IMG/VR virus record: IMGVR_UViG_3300023313_000004
Location: 11,573 to 75,572 of that record
DNA: 64,000 bases
Direction: 5' to 3' (one strand)
From: a virus
In this document: positions 1-8,555 of the stretch, one piece after another
Position numbering within the stretch: position 1 is the first letter of the stretch
Layout: every line of letters starts with the position of its first letter
The notes under the pieces: generated by a model
Databases searched by the model: none
What the model was told of the DNA's origin: nothing
What the model saw: the letters and a program-made list of their open reading frames with translations, nothing else
Translations under genes and position numbers: made by a program

Positions 1-1653
1 GTGAGGAGGGTGGTCTACCTTACCTTTCTTTGTGTCTAGTTCTAGTTGTACCAGCTCTGTACAAAGCCTCTCGTGGTAGGGCATCTCTATTCTACCATCA
101 TACAAGGCCTGCTTAACAACGTCATAGGGCGCGGTTGTTCTATCTATAGACTGTACCCCTGCCCTAAAATTCTTAGTCCTTAGGATTTGGATAGTGTCTG
201 CTGACTGATATGTATCTAGTGACACCCACCCGATAGGTATCCCTAGCTGGTCTCTTAATGCGTATATCAGCTCCCTTATCTTCCAGAACTGTATTTCTCC
301 CCCTAGAGGTGGTGCTATCTCTAAGGTCATATCTATTACAAATTTGGGGAGTATCTCAAACGTACCACCTCTATCTACTTTAACAAACCTCTCTATGTGC
401 CCCATAGCAAAGCCTGCGCTATCCCCCGTGAGAGCTAAATCCATATGAATCCAGCGTTTAGCTGTGGGGTTTAGGAGGTTCAAGGTACTAAGTTCTGCTG
501 AAGTACTAACAAAATCAACCTCTACATTCGATGCTATAGACTCTAAGGTGCAGGCATCAAATATCTTCGTGCTATCTAAGATGAAGGGGTGCAGAGCCAT
601 GGTGGCTTTGCCAGCAATATCTCTTAGGCTACTCATCATATCATTTTGGAAATCTTTTCTGAAGTCCTCTGGGATACGGTCATACAGCTCTTCCTCCCCC
701 TCAGGGATAACAAAGTCTGGCTCTTCTATTCTGGGTGCTCTAGTTAAGTCTCCTGTGAATATCGTAAACCACCCAGACACAAACTCTTGGGGTTTAATAT
801 CCCACAACCTTTTAGAGTATATAAATATACTGGGGTCATTTACTGCCTCTTTCTCTTTGCATTCAGTGAAGTCTCCGGGGTAATGCTTAGAGGAAACTAG
901 GCATAGTACTCCCGGAAGGTTTCCTTTCTGCATAAACCTAGATTTCCTTCTCCTAGCTATAGAGTTATATATCTCTACTGCTTGGTCGAAGGTGTCTCCC
1001 GTTCTGCTCTGCTTGGATTTCTCTGTGATGCTAAAGAAGTTAATCTCATCTATCACACCTCCAAATACATTCTGCCCTATCGTGGCGGTAGAGGAGGCTG
1101 ATACGGGGCGCACATACACCCTATTAGGGAATTGTAGTTCTGACTCTATATCTTTATTGTAAGGGTAGTGGTTCTTAAAATAAGGGGAGTTATCTATGAG
1201 AGCCTTGAACCTCGCATAGTCTACCTGCTTGGCCACCTTCTCCGTTACCGATTGGAATATGAATACTATCTCTGAGGCAGGGTCTAACCCGTATTCTGCT
1301 TGGGGGTCTACTAAGCAGCTTAATAGGTACAGTTGGTATCCTGTGGTGGCAAGGGCTGCTGTGGACTTACCTACCCCAATAGCCCCTGTAAAGACTCCTT
1401 CATCGTACTTGCCTGTATTAAGTTCTATCATGTCAGTCATGACAGAGGGGTATAGTGCCCCTTCATAATTAAAAAGGTTAGGGTCTGTAATAAATGTTTC
1501 AAAAGATACAGGTATATCTCTGTACTTACCTAAAGTATGAAGGGGTGCTGCATCCCCCTTCATGGCTGCCTGTAAGGCCTTATATATCTGAGCCCTAGCT
1601 TCTGGGTCAGGGAGTCTCGCTACCTCTGGGAATAGACCCTCAATGTTCTTCAT
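1..1653 (-). CDS. terL: Terminase large subunit (3' end runs off the window)
   Basis: Missing from the ORF track because it has no stop in the window. Manual translation from ATG at 1653 (MKNIEGLFPEV...) is open to base 1. Walker A GAIGVGKST, Walker B GGVIDEINFF, RNase H-like HMDLA...GDSAG, C-terminal KVDHPP. Confidence 0.9.
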   Translation of the reverse strand, partial: MKNIEGLFPEVARLPDPEARAQIYKALQAAMKGDAAPLHTLGKYRDIPVSFETFITDPNLFNYEGALYPSVMTDMIELNTGKYDEGVFTGAIGVGKSTAALATTGYQLYLLSCLVDPQAEYGLDPASEIVFIFQSVTEKVAKQVDYARFKALIDNSPYFKNHYPYNKDIESELQFPNRVYVRPVSASSTATIGQNVFGGVIDEINFFSITEKSKQSRTGDTFDQAVEIYNSIARRRKSRFMQKGNLPGVLCLVSSKHYPGDFTECKEKEAVNDPSIFIYSKRLWDIKPQEFVSGWFTIFTGDLTRAPRIEEPDFVIPEGEEELYDRIPEDFRKDFQNDMMSSLRDIAGKATMALHPFILDSTKIFDACTLESIASNVEVDFVSTSAELSTLNLLNPTAKRWIHMDLALTGDSAGFAMGHIERFVKVDRGGTFEILPKFVIDMTLEIAPPLGGEIQFWKIRELIYALRDQLGIPIGWVSLDTYQSADTIQILRTKNFRAGVQSIDRTTAPYDVVKQALYDGRIEMPYHERLCTELVQLELDTKKGKVDHPPH

Positions 1654-2314
1654 CTATAATTGCCTCTTGGAACACCGTAGCTGCTTCATCAGGGACTATG
1701 TTGGATAGCTTAGTCTCGATGGACTTAAGCACGTCTTGCATAGATATAGTGTCACTCTGTAACAGGTTAGAGTATGCTTTATCTGGGTTGATAGCTTTGT
1801 ACATACCTGCTTGGGATAGGAATCTGTGCTTACTATCCTCGGCACTAACTGCCGCCCCTAGTGCTTGTAGTCGCACCTTCTTATCCTTCTCTGTTTCGTC
1901 AGTAGCTATTCTCAGAGCTACCTGCTTAGCTTCCTCGTAGAACCCCATTGTCTCCCCCACAAAAAGGGGGAAGTCTAACTGCATAACATTTTGTCGTATC
2001 TGCTTCTTCATAGCATTTATATCAGAGTACACTGTCTTTAGGTGTATGCCTAACTTCTCTGCTATGTCATTCTTATGTATGCCTCGCATTAGAAGTTGTT
2101 GTACCTTTGTCCTGCGTACAGCTAATTCCTCTTTGGTTATTTTTGCAAACCTCTCTCCTCCCGTATCCCCATGAGACTCCTCTGTTAGCTCTCCCAGAAT
2201 AGTGTCCATCTCCTCGGAGCTGGCATGTTTATATACCTTGCCCCCCTTGGACTTCTTCCCTGTTATGAGCTCCACATCTAACTCTGCCCCTCTTCTTTGT
2301 ATTTTTACGCTCAT
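1640..2314 (-). CDS. terS: Probable terminase small subunit (HTH protein)
   Basis: HTH-like KNDIAEKLGIHLKTVYSDI; overlaps the terL start. ATG at 2314 forms a TAATG overlap with the upstream stop (track start 2347 is probably too long). Confidence 0.65.
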   Translation of the reverse strand: MSVKIQRRGAELDVELITGKKSKGGKVYKHASSEEMDTILGELTEESHGDTGGERFAKITKEELAVRRTKVQQLLMRGIHKNDIAEKLGIHLKTVYSDINAMKKQIRQNVMQLDFPLFVGETMGFYEEAKQVALRIATDETEKDKKVRLQALGAAVSAEDSKHRFLSQAGMYKAINPDKAYSNLLQSDTISMQDVLKSIETKLSNIVPDEAATVFQEAIIDEEH

Positions 2315-2781
2315 TATGTTCCCCTCAGGATAGTGGTTAAGCACCACTCCCCTTTTTTTGGGTAGGGTAGTGTTGCTATCTTAATTTGTCCAACCTCATG
2401 AATAGAACTGTCTATGCGAATCCGCCCATTAAGGGTGTATATCCCTACTGAACTTAAGTGCAGAGTGCAGGTGTTCTTATCTAAGATAAGCGGCACAGGG
2501 GCTAGTATAGGCAGCCCTACTTTAGGGTGCTCCTTAAACCCTTGGGAGGCACTATAGATAGCATTACATACCATCTGTGCCCCCAGTGGGGATGACCTCC
2601 TTATAGAGGCATACATTTCTTTATGGAGTGTTGTTCTGCCGTAACGGTGTAGGGCCTTCCCTCTTTTTGTTACTTGGGCACACTGATTCTTATACTCCTG
2701 CAACAGGGCATAAAGCTTAGACTCCTGCTCCTCTGAGGGGTATAATATTATCTCTTGGGTGTGGGTGCGGTGCTCCCTCAC
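2314..2781 (-). CDS. TnpB/Cas12f-like N-terminal (WED/REC) protein lacking RuvC
   Basis: Motifs YPSEEQ, LHKEMYASIR..LGAQMVCNAI, LDKNT, VGIYTLNGRIRI and KKGEWCL follow the order of the IS605 TnpB N-lobe. The ORF stops before any RuvC-I GxDxG motif. Confidence 0.6.
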   Translation of the reverse strand: MREHRTHTQEIILYPSEEQESKLYALLQEYKNQCAQVTKRGKALHRYGRTTLHKEMYASIRRSSPLGAQMVCNAIYSASQGFKEHPKVGLPILAPVPLILDKNTCTLHLSSVGIYTLNGRIRIDSSIHEVGQIKIATLPYPKKGEWCLTTILRGT

Positions 2782-3245
2782 CTAGAGTAACTAGGGGGTA
2801 GTTTGTTGATACCTTTTTTTATACAGGCTTGTATTAGGGGATTAGTAGACTCCTTGGGTAAACCTGCTTTAGGTGCAGCTATCCGTGGAACTACATACCC
2901 CGTAGTGTTCTTTTTGGGTATTTTCTTTCTTGCTTTAGTTACTTTAACCTTGGTGGTGTCGGTTGAGGGCTTTTTCTCTAGGCTTCTTAGGTCTAGCCAC
3001 CGCCGCCGCAGCTCCTTAGCTGTGTGGTGGTACTCTAGGCTCAGCCCTTTAAAGCTCCTCCCTGATTTTACATATCGTTGGAGTAGTTCATCTGGGAGGG
3101 CAATTCTTGGGTCATCAAATACTTCCCCTGCTGCCTCCAGTACCTCAACTACCCTAGCCACACTCACTCTAAAAGTGAGTGCTACATGCTTAATCTTCAG
3201 CCCTCTTCGGTGGAAGGCTACGACTCTATTGCTTAAATCATCCAT
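2778..3245 (-). CDS. Putative DNA-binding protein with two HTH-like segments
   Basis: GLKIKHVALTFRVSVARVVEVL and GRSFKGLSLEYHHTAKELRRRW; Lys-rich tail; AGGAG RBS upstream. Confidence 0.45.
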   Translation of the reverse strand: MDDLSNRVVAFHRRGLKIKHVALTFRVSVARVVEVLEAAGEVFDDPRIALPDELLQRYVKSGRSFKGLSLEYHHTAKELRRRWLDLRSLEKKPSTDTTKVKVTKARKKIPKKNTTGYVVPRIAAPKAGLPKESTNPLIQACIKKGINKLPPSYSR

Positions 3246-3285
3246 ACTCGTGGTTGCTCTCCTATTCTTGTCCGTCCTTAACTTA

Positions 3286-3356
3286 TAGGTGGCTACAGGT
3301 CACACTTATTACTGCTCTGTATTGTTTACTATACTTGGGTGTGCCTGTAGCCCCTA
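3286..3356. other. Long intergenic inverted repeat / stem-loop
   Basis: TAGG-T-GGCTACAGG-T-CACAC (3286-3305) pairs with GTGTG-CCTGTAGCC-CCTA (3339-3356): 18 bp stem with two single-base bulges. Confidence 0.75.
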
Positions 3357-3410
3357 ACTGGTGGAGGGGGGGGGGGGTGTTGTTGTGCCCTTATGCCCTG
3401 CCCCCTTATG

Positions 3411-4247
3411 TTACAATGTTGCTGTGATGGATACCTCTGGGAACACCCTATCAAATACCTGTAGTACCTCTTCGGCTGATGATTCCTGCATTAAGGATAC
3501 CATAGTTACCTTAGCACCACTACTGCCAGCAGATGTATTAGTGCTGCCCATGTAGTCCATACAAATATACTCTAAGGCTACCCCATCATACTCAGTGTCT
3601 GCTGCATCCTTAGCCTGACCTATAGCATCCTGCACTATCTCCTTCTGGTCATCGTGAACTTTGAAAGTGAGGGTGGTAACAGTAGAGGCCTCTTGCTCTA
3701 ACGCAACAGTGTCTGTCTCTTCCCCCTCAGAATCTTTCATAGCACGGATAAACTCTTGAATTTGTAGTACGGTCATGCCTGCTGCTCGCTCCGCCCACTC
3801 ATCTACGTTATCTAAATTTAGGATTGAGCTTAGTACTCTGAGTTTTGTCCACCCCAGCCCTGAGACTTTTTCCCATGGAATCTCGTTCTCCACAATATCA
3901 TTGTAAATCTTCATAAGGTACATGGCTTTTCGTAGCTTCATACCAAACATATCTTCTACTAAATCTTTAAACCCATCATACCCTGTGTGCCATGCATTTG
4001 TGTATATGGCATCTAGTATGCCCCCTAAGACAAACAGGTTCTCATCTGCTGAGTCTAGGGCATCCTTTGCTTTTTTTAGTGCGGTGCTCTCATCCAAAGA
4101 CTCAATTAGGTGTGTTGATTGTTGTAGTACGTCCAGATGCCCTACCTTCTCCATAGCTCTCTGTGTTTTTTTCGTCATGGTGCCTTTAGCCCCCTTTGTT
4201 AATAGGGCTAAGGTGGTGCTTCCTGTACTATTATCTACTGTACTCAT
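3411..4247 (-). CDS. Hypothetical protein, probably DNA-binding (DUF3102-like helical core)
   Basis: ORF with RBS and its own promoter. FKDLVEDMFGMKLRKAMYLMKIY...LGWTKLRVL resembles DUF3102-type phage proteins. Confidence 0.45.
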   Translation of the reverse strand: MSTVDNSTGSTTLALLTKGAKGTMTKKTQRAMEKVGHLDVLQQSTHLIESLDESTALKKAKDALDSADENLFVLGGILDAIYTNAWHTGYDGFKDLVEDMFGMKLRKAMYLMKIYNDIVENEIPWEKVSGLGWTKLRVLSSILNLDNVDEWAERAAGMTVLQIQEFIRAMKDSEGEETDTVALEQEASTVTTLTFKVHDDQKEIVQDAIGQAKDAADTEYDGVALEYICMDYMGSTNTSAGSSGAKVTMVSLMQESSAEEVLQVFDRVFPEVSITATL

Positions 4248-4274
4248 ATGTCTATACTCCTATGGTATGTCGTC

Positions 4275-4303
4275 ATGTTACTGTTCTTTCTTTCACTTGT
4301 CAA
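4275..4303 (-). promoter_or_regulatory. Sigma70-type promoter
   Basis: TTGACA-17 nt-TAACAT upstream of the 4247 start. Confidence 0.7.
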
Positions 4304-4306
4304 TGC

Positions 4307-4837
4307 TTAAGCCTTGTTCAAGAAGGATGTTATATACTGCACCTTCTCCAAAGCCTCTAGGTTAATCTTAGGCATAGGTATTCCGTGCCCTCTTAGGGAT
4401 AGTCCTATGTGGGCTAAGCCTATCGCATCGGCCACGTTATCATTACTGGTCTCAAAGCCAAACCGCTTATACGCCTCCAGTATCATAACATCCTTTTTGC
4501 AGTTTCCTTTCCCACTCACAAACTTCTTCAGTGCGGTGGGGGCAACCTCATACCAGTTTAGATGGTTAACATGCCAATACAAGCGCATAACCGTGCCTAG
4601 TTCTACCATAGTGGCAAGGTTAAACTTGGCATGGAGGGCGTACCCCTCCGTAACTATTATGTCAGGTTTGTACTCCTGTACCCTAGCAAGAATACTCTCT
4701 GCTATGTTTGTCGCCCTCTCTATCCCTTTCATGCCCTTAGGGTAAGCTAATTCTTCTTGCTGTAGTACCTCCCCTTCTTGGGATACTAGGGCTAGCCCTG
4801 TTTTTGTGGAGGCATCAACGCCTAGGCAGGTAATCAT
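4307..4837 (-). CDS. ruvC: Holliday junction resolvase RuvC
   Basis: CLGVDASTKTG, IVTEG, PTALKKFVSGKGNCKKD, DNVADAIGLA. ATG at 4837 forms an ATGA overlap. Confidence 0.9.
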   Translation of the reverse strand: MITCLGVDASTKTGLALVSQEGEVLQQEELAYPKGMKGIERATNIAESILARVQEYKPDIIVTEGYALHAKFNLATMVELGTVMRLYWHVNHLNWYEVAPTALKKFVSGKGNCKKDVMILEAYKRFGFETSNDNVADAIGLAHIGLSLRGHGIPMPKINLEALEKVQYITSFLNKA

Positions 4838-5769
4838 GCTGGTTCTTCCTCTGGGGTACTCTCTTCTGGTCGCCATTTAAGACCTATAGGGTGATTCCCA
4901 GAGAAGCAGGCTGCTGTTACATGGCATTGGGTAGCCCTTTTGCAGAATGCTACTGAGCATATGCCCTCAGGAATAACCCCCAAGTCCCTAGAGGTTCTGA
5001 CCGCCCATGCTCGCCTAACAGGTAAGTCCGTAAGCGTGTCGTCTCTATGGACAATGAACTCCTTAAACGGGCTTATCCTATCATCCCTAAAATCATAGTC
5101 CCCCACCTCCGTATCCTTAACTCCATGACCTTTAGACCTATAAAGTATTACTGCGGTGTTGGTGTCTATCTTATCCTTATTTGGGTTGTTGCTTTCTGCT
5201 ATAGAGCGCAAGTATAGGCACGTTCTCTGCTTATGCTCGGCTAGCGGTGCTTTTAGCCCCCCTTTCTTTTTTGGGTCAGGGTCTTTAAATTTATTTCTAT
5301 CTATAGTCTTTAGCTCTACAGGGCATAGTAATGGTCTGCCTACGTCTAGGAATAGGTCTATTCCACAAGACACGCCGCTCTTTTCTGATGTGAACCTTAC
5401 CTCTCTATACACTAGGCTTCTACTATTACACTTAACGCAGGTATGCGGTACTTTTGTGAATAGGTGGAGATGCCCACACTCCTTACACAACCAATCCCCT
5501 ACGGCTAAGTCTCTTAACCACCTGTCCGCTACCATAGAGTTATTTTCTTCTCCATGGTCGAATGTGATAGCAAGGGCTGTCCCTATAAACTCATCCTTAG
5601 CCTTTACGTTAAGCACATCCATTAGCCGTACTTCTCTAGGACAGTACTCTGGCTTGGTAACATCAGAGGCATGTATCCTCTTATACCCCCTAGCCTCTCG
5701 AAACCCTGATAGCCTTTCGTGGATTAGTCTCTTTATTGATATTTTCTTTACATGCTTTGTTATTTTCAT
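4834..5769 (-). CDS. Cas4/AddB-like PD-(D/E)XK exonuclease with Cys clusters
   Basis: IHASD..YCPRE, GIDLFL..VELKT, C-terminal C..C..C..C, inserted CKEC..CVKC. Confidence 0.7.
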   Translation of the reverse strand: MKITKHVKKISIKRLIHERLSGFREARGYKRIHASDVTKPEYCPREVRLMDVLNVKAKDEFIGTALAITFDHGEENNSMVADRWLRDLAVGDWLCKECGHLHLFTKVPHTCVKCNSRSLVYREVRFTSEKSGVSCGIDLFLDVGRPLLCPVELKTIDRNKFKDPDPKKKGGLKAPLAEHKQRTCLYLRSIAESNNPNKDKIDTNTAVILYRSKGHGVKDTEVGDYDFRDDRISPFKEFIVHRDDTLTDLPVRRAWAVRTSRDLGVIPEGICSVAFCKRATQCHVTAACFSGNHPIGLKWRPEESTPEEEPA

Positions 5770-5789
5770 ACCTGTGCCTCCCAACCTAA

Positions 5790-6137
5790 CTAAGTAGTGA
5801 GCTCTCTAAACTCAGACTCCCTCACTAACACCCACTTTCCCCCTCTAACTGGGGAGCCTGTAGCGTCAACAAAAGTTACTGATAGTGCTGGCATCTTTTG
5901 TTCTGCTAAAGCCTCAGCCTCTATCTTTAGCAGCCAATCTAATTTTACGCTCATACTCTTGTGTATCGTACTCTTTGCCTCTAGCAAGTAGGTGTTGAGT
6001 TCAACGTCCCCCTTGCACCCCTCTAACGCCCCAGAGGCAGGTCTAGTCCTGCCCCCTAAGCGTTTTGCTACCAACCTCTCGGAGTTAGTGCCGTGGCACC
6101 TCTTATTCCTTCTTGCTAGGTACAGGCTGCTACTCAC
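5790..6137 (-). CDS. Small PD-(D/E)XK endonuclease (Hjc-like resolvase)
   Basis: SERLVAKRLGG..PASGA..KGDV..LLEAKST. Confidence 0.7.
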   Translation of the reverse strand: MSSSLYLARRNKRCHGTNSERLVAKRLGGRTRPASGALEGCKGDVELNTYLLEAKSTIHKSMSVKLDWLLKIEAEALAEQKMPALSVTFVDATGSPVRGGKWVLVRESEFRELTT

Positions 6138-6390
6138 CTTCAGCTTCTGGTAAGGGTAACAGTAGCCCTCTCTTGTGTAACTCCCAATTAGTAATGGCCT
6201 TTACAATCATACTCCTAGTTTTTGATGAGGGGTACATATACTCCGCTACTTTTTTTGCCTCTTCCCCTGTGCTTTCAATAACATTTGCTTCCACAGCCGC
6301 CGCTTTAGTAGGGTATTCTTTCCCTTCTGAGGTGACATATACATCTCTACTTTCCACACTAATTTCTGGTACTTCATAGTTAATAGTCAT
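6130..6390 (-). CDS. Hypothetical protein
   Basis: Coupled ORF in the operon; YVTSEGKEYPTKAAA motif. Confidence 0.6.
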   Translation of the reverse strand: MTINYEVPEISVESRDVYVTSEGKEYPTKAAAVEANVIESTGEEAKKVAEYMYPSSKTRSMIVKAITNWELHKRGLLLPLPEAEGE

Positions 6391-7430
6391 TCTCTTTCTC
6401 CTTGTGCTTCTTCTATAGCTCTCGCAAAAATAGCAGCCTTCACCTTATCTAGGTTTTCTACCGTGCCATACACTGTCTCCATACACTGCTTCTGGGTATC
6501 ATGCTCTTCCCCAAATAGCTGCCACCCTTTGCCGCCCTCTACCTTACCTAACCACCCGTACTGCTTTAGGTACGCTTGTATAGCAGGGTAATCATGGCAC
6601 TGCCCTGCAAGTAGCCCGTTGTGTCCTACCATGGCCATTTCAAACTTACAGGTGCCCCCTGTGGTTTGTACTTTTTTCTTCTTAATAATTACACTCGTCT
6701 CTTTCCTGCAAGCCAAGTCAGGGTGTACATGCTTCTCTATAATATCCTTACCATAAAACCGTAGGCTTAGGGATGCTGCAAACTTAGGGGCATTCCCGCC
6801 GGGAAGGGTCTCAGGGTTCCCAAACATTACTCCTATCTTCAGGCGTATCTGGTTTATATATATGACTGTGGGGGCTCTCCCCTCTCTCCTCGCTACGGCA
6901 AGACCCTTAATCACTTTCCTAGTTAGTTTCCCTACTACTAACGCATTTCCTCCTACCACCGCTTTCTCTGCGGAGGAGCTGCCCTCATTTGCGGTCATCA
7001 TGGCTGCCAGAGAGTCGATAGCTATTAGCCCCACATCTTCTGCCTCTAGGAATGCGTCTACCATATCCACTACTTCTTCTGCATAATCAGTTTGGATTAG
7101 TACCAGCTTTTTAGGGTCTACCCCCAATTTAGTTGCCCATACAGGGTCAAAGGCATTCTCCATGTCAACAAAAATACATTTAAGGTGGGGGTGTATCCTC
7201 TGGTGACTAGCGATAGCTTTGAGGACAGTGTTTGTCTTATTGCTCGACTCTGTACCGTACACTATAGATAGCTTTCCTCTGGGGAATCCTCCTCCTGTGA
7301 TAAGGTCTAGGGAAAAGATGCCTGTAGGTACACGCTCCAAGTCTATAACCGTGTCCGCCTTAGTTACAGCTGCTTCCCCGTAATCCTTCCGCATAGCTGT
7401 CATTAGCTCGTCTACTGTAGGCCCAGCCAT
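6387..7430 (-). CDS. recA: RecA/UvsX recombinase
   Basis: PTGIFSLDLITGGGFPRGK, IDSLAAM, YINQIRLKIGVMFGNPETLPGGNAPKFAAS. Walker A reads GTESSNKT. Confidence 0.95.
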   Translation of the reverse strand: MAGPTVDELMTAMRKDYGEAAVTKADTVIDLERVPTGIFSLDLITGGGFPRGKLSIVYGTESSNKTNTVLKAIASHQRIHPHLKCIFVDMENAFDPVWATKLGVDPKKLVLIQTDYAEEVVDMVDAFLEAEDVGLIAIDSLAAMMTANEGSSSAEKAVVGGNALVVGKLTRKVIKGLAVARREGRAPTVIYINQIRLKIGVMFGNPETLPGGNAPKFAASLSLRFYGKDIIEKHVHPDLACRKETSVIIKKKKVQTTGGTCKFEMAMVGHNGLLAGQCHDYPAIQAYLKQYGWLGKVEGGKGWQLFGEEHDTQKQCMETVYGTVENLDKVKAAIFARAIEEAQGERE

Positions 7431-7729
7431 TAAGTAGCCTCTTGGACTTCGTCTAATAGTGCTCCTAGTTTGGTGTCACACCAGTCCTGAGCAAACTCAA
7501 ATACTCCATCCTGCTCCCCAATAGTGCAGGGGCAATGGCAACTAACCTGTAGCTTTATATTCTCATAGTTACCTAGGTTTACTGTTTTTGACATAGAGAT
7601 GCCTACATTCATTACCTGCTCGCTACTTACCACCTCCGAGATAATGTGGGTGTCTTGTGTCGTACTATTTGTCCTGCTATCAGAAGTTGACGTACTTCCT
7701 GTGCCTAGGTATTTGTCTTTATCTATCAT
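7430..7729 (-). CDS. Hypothetical phage protein
   Basis: Coupled ORF; KTVNLGNYENIK motif. Confidence 0.6.
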   Translation of the reverse strand: MIDKDKYLGTGSTSTSDSRTNSTTQDTHIISEVVSSEQVMNVGISMSKTVNLGNYENIKLQVSCHCPCTIGEQDGVFEFAQDWCDTKLGALLDEVQEAT

Positions 7730-8121
7730 AATTCACTCCATGTTATAAAAGGGTCTGACCCATCTTTAAAGTACCTCTTTAGTAGTTCTACTTGGTGCTC
7801 TGTATAGTACCTCTGACTACTAGGAAGGGTGTGTTTAGGTATGGCATTACTTCTCTCTAAGGGTAGTAGTCCGTGTATCGAGACGGGGCTGTCTAGTACT
7901 ACCCTTCTGGCGTTATGCCCTACTACCTCTCGCCCTCCAACAATGAATACCTTTGTCCTGCTCTCTGCCTTGGGTTTTCCAGACCTATACCTATCGCACT
8001 GCTTTATTGAGGTGTCTCTGTACACCTTATCCTCTTTATATCGCTCTCTACGCTTAGCATTATACTCGTCCTTCTGCTTGTCATACCACGCTTTAAATCG
8101 TCCTGCATCCGCATCTGTCAT
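7726..8121 (-). CDS. Putative MerR-like HTH protein
   Basis: Charged N-terminal helix, then IPKH..QRYYTEHQVELLK; paralogous to the next ORF. Confidence 0.45.
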   Translation of the reverse strand: MTDADAGRFKAWYDKQKDEYNAKRRERYKEDKVYRDTSIKQCDRYRSGKPKAESRTKVFIVGGREVVGHNARRVVLDSPVSIHGLLPLERSNAIPKHTLPSSQRYYTEHQVELLKRYFKDGSDPFITWSEL

Positions 8122-8555
8122 CTAGGCCTCCATTTACTATGCATCTCTCTTAGGGCATCTATCTCCCTCTGCCCCCCTACCCTCCTAGCCGAGAAATAAG
8201 ACTTTATAAGCCTAAACTGGGAGGGTGTGTATCTCTTAGCCTGTGTGTCTAAAGTGTGGGGGGGTATCACCTTCTTTTTACACAATGAATAGAATCTGTT
8301 AAGGCTTATGCCTAGGGATATGGCTACATACCTTACTGGGTATTGGGTTTTACCCCCCCTAACCAACTGCTGAACCGCCTTTTTATGCCCATTCTTTAGT
8401 CGGGTGTAGTAGTCAGCAACCGCCGCCTTTAGGGTGTCCTTCTTTAAGGCATACAGTTCCTTCCGACTATTAAGTATGTGCTCTTTATTTCTCGCATACC
8501 ATTGCCTGTTGTTTTCCCTAAGCTGTTTCCTTCTCCGTGCTGATACTTTGGGCAT
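8118..8555 (-). CDS. Putative MerR-like HTH protein
   Basis: YVAISLGISLNRFYSLCKKKVIPPH..KRYTPSQFRLIK. Confidence 0.5.
   Translation of the reverse strand: MPKVSARRRKQLRENNRQWYARNKEHILNSRKELYALKKDTLKAAVADYYTRLKNGHKKAVQQLVRGGKTQYPVRYVAISLGISLNRFYSLCKKKVIPPHTLDTQAKRYTPSQFRLIKSYFSARRVGGQREIDALREMHSKWRPR

Noticed and set aside
2314-2781. Active IS200/IS605 element
   Set aside because: No tnpA, RuvC domain or identifiable ends; the ORF is translationally coupled to its neighbours.
4834-5769. Cas4-like gene as evidence of a CRISPR system
   Set aside because: No repeat-spacer array or other cas genes seen; its context is a recombination cassette.
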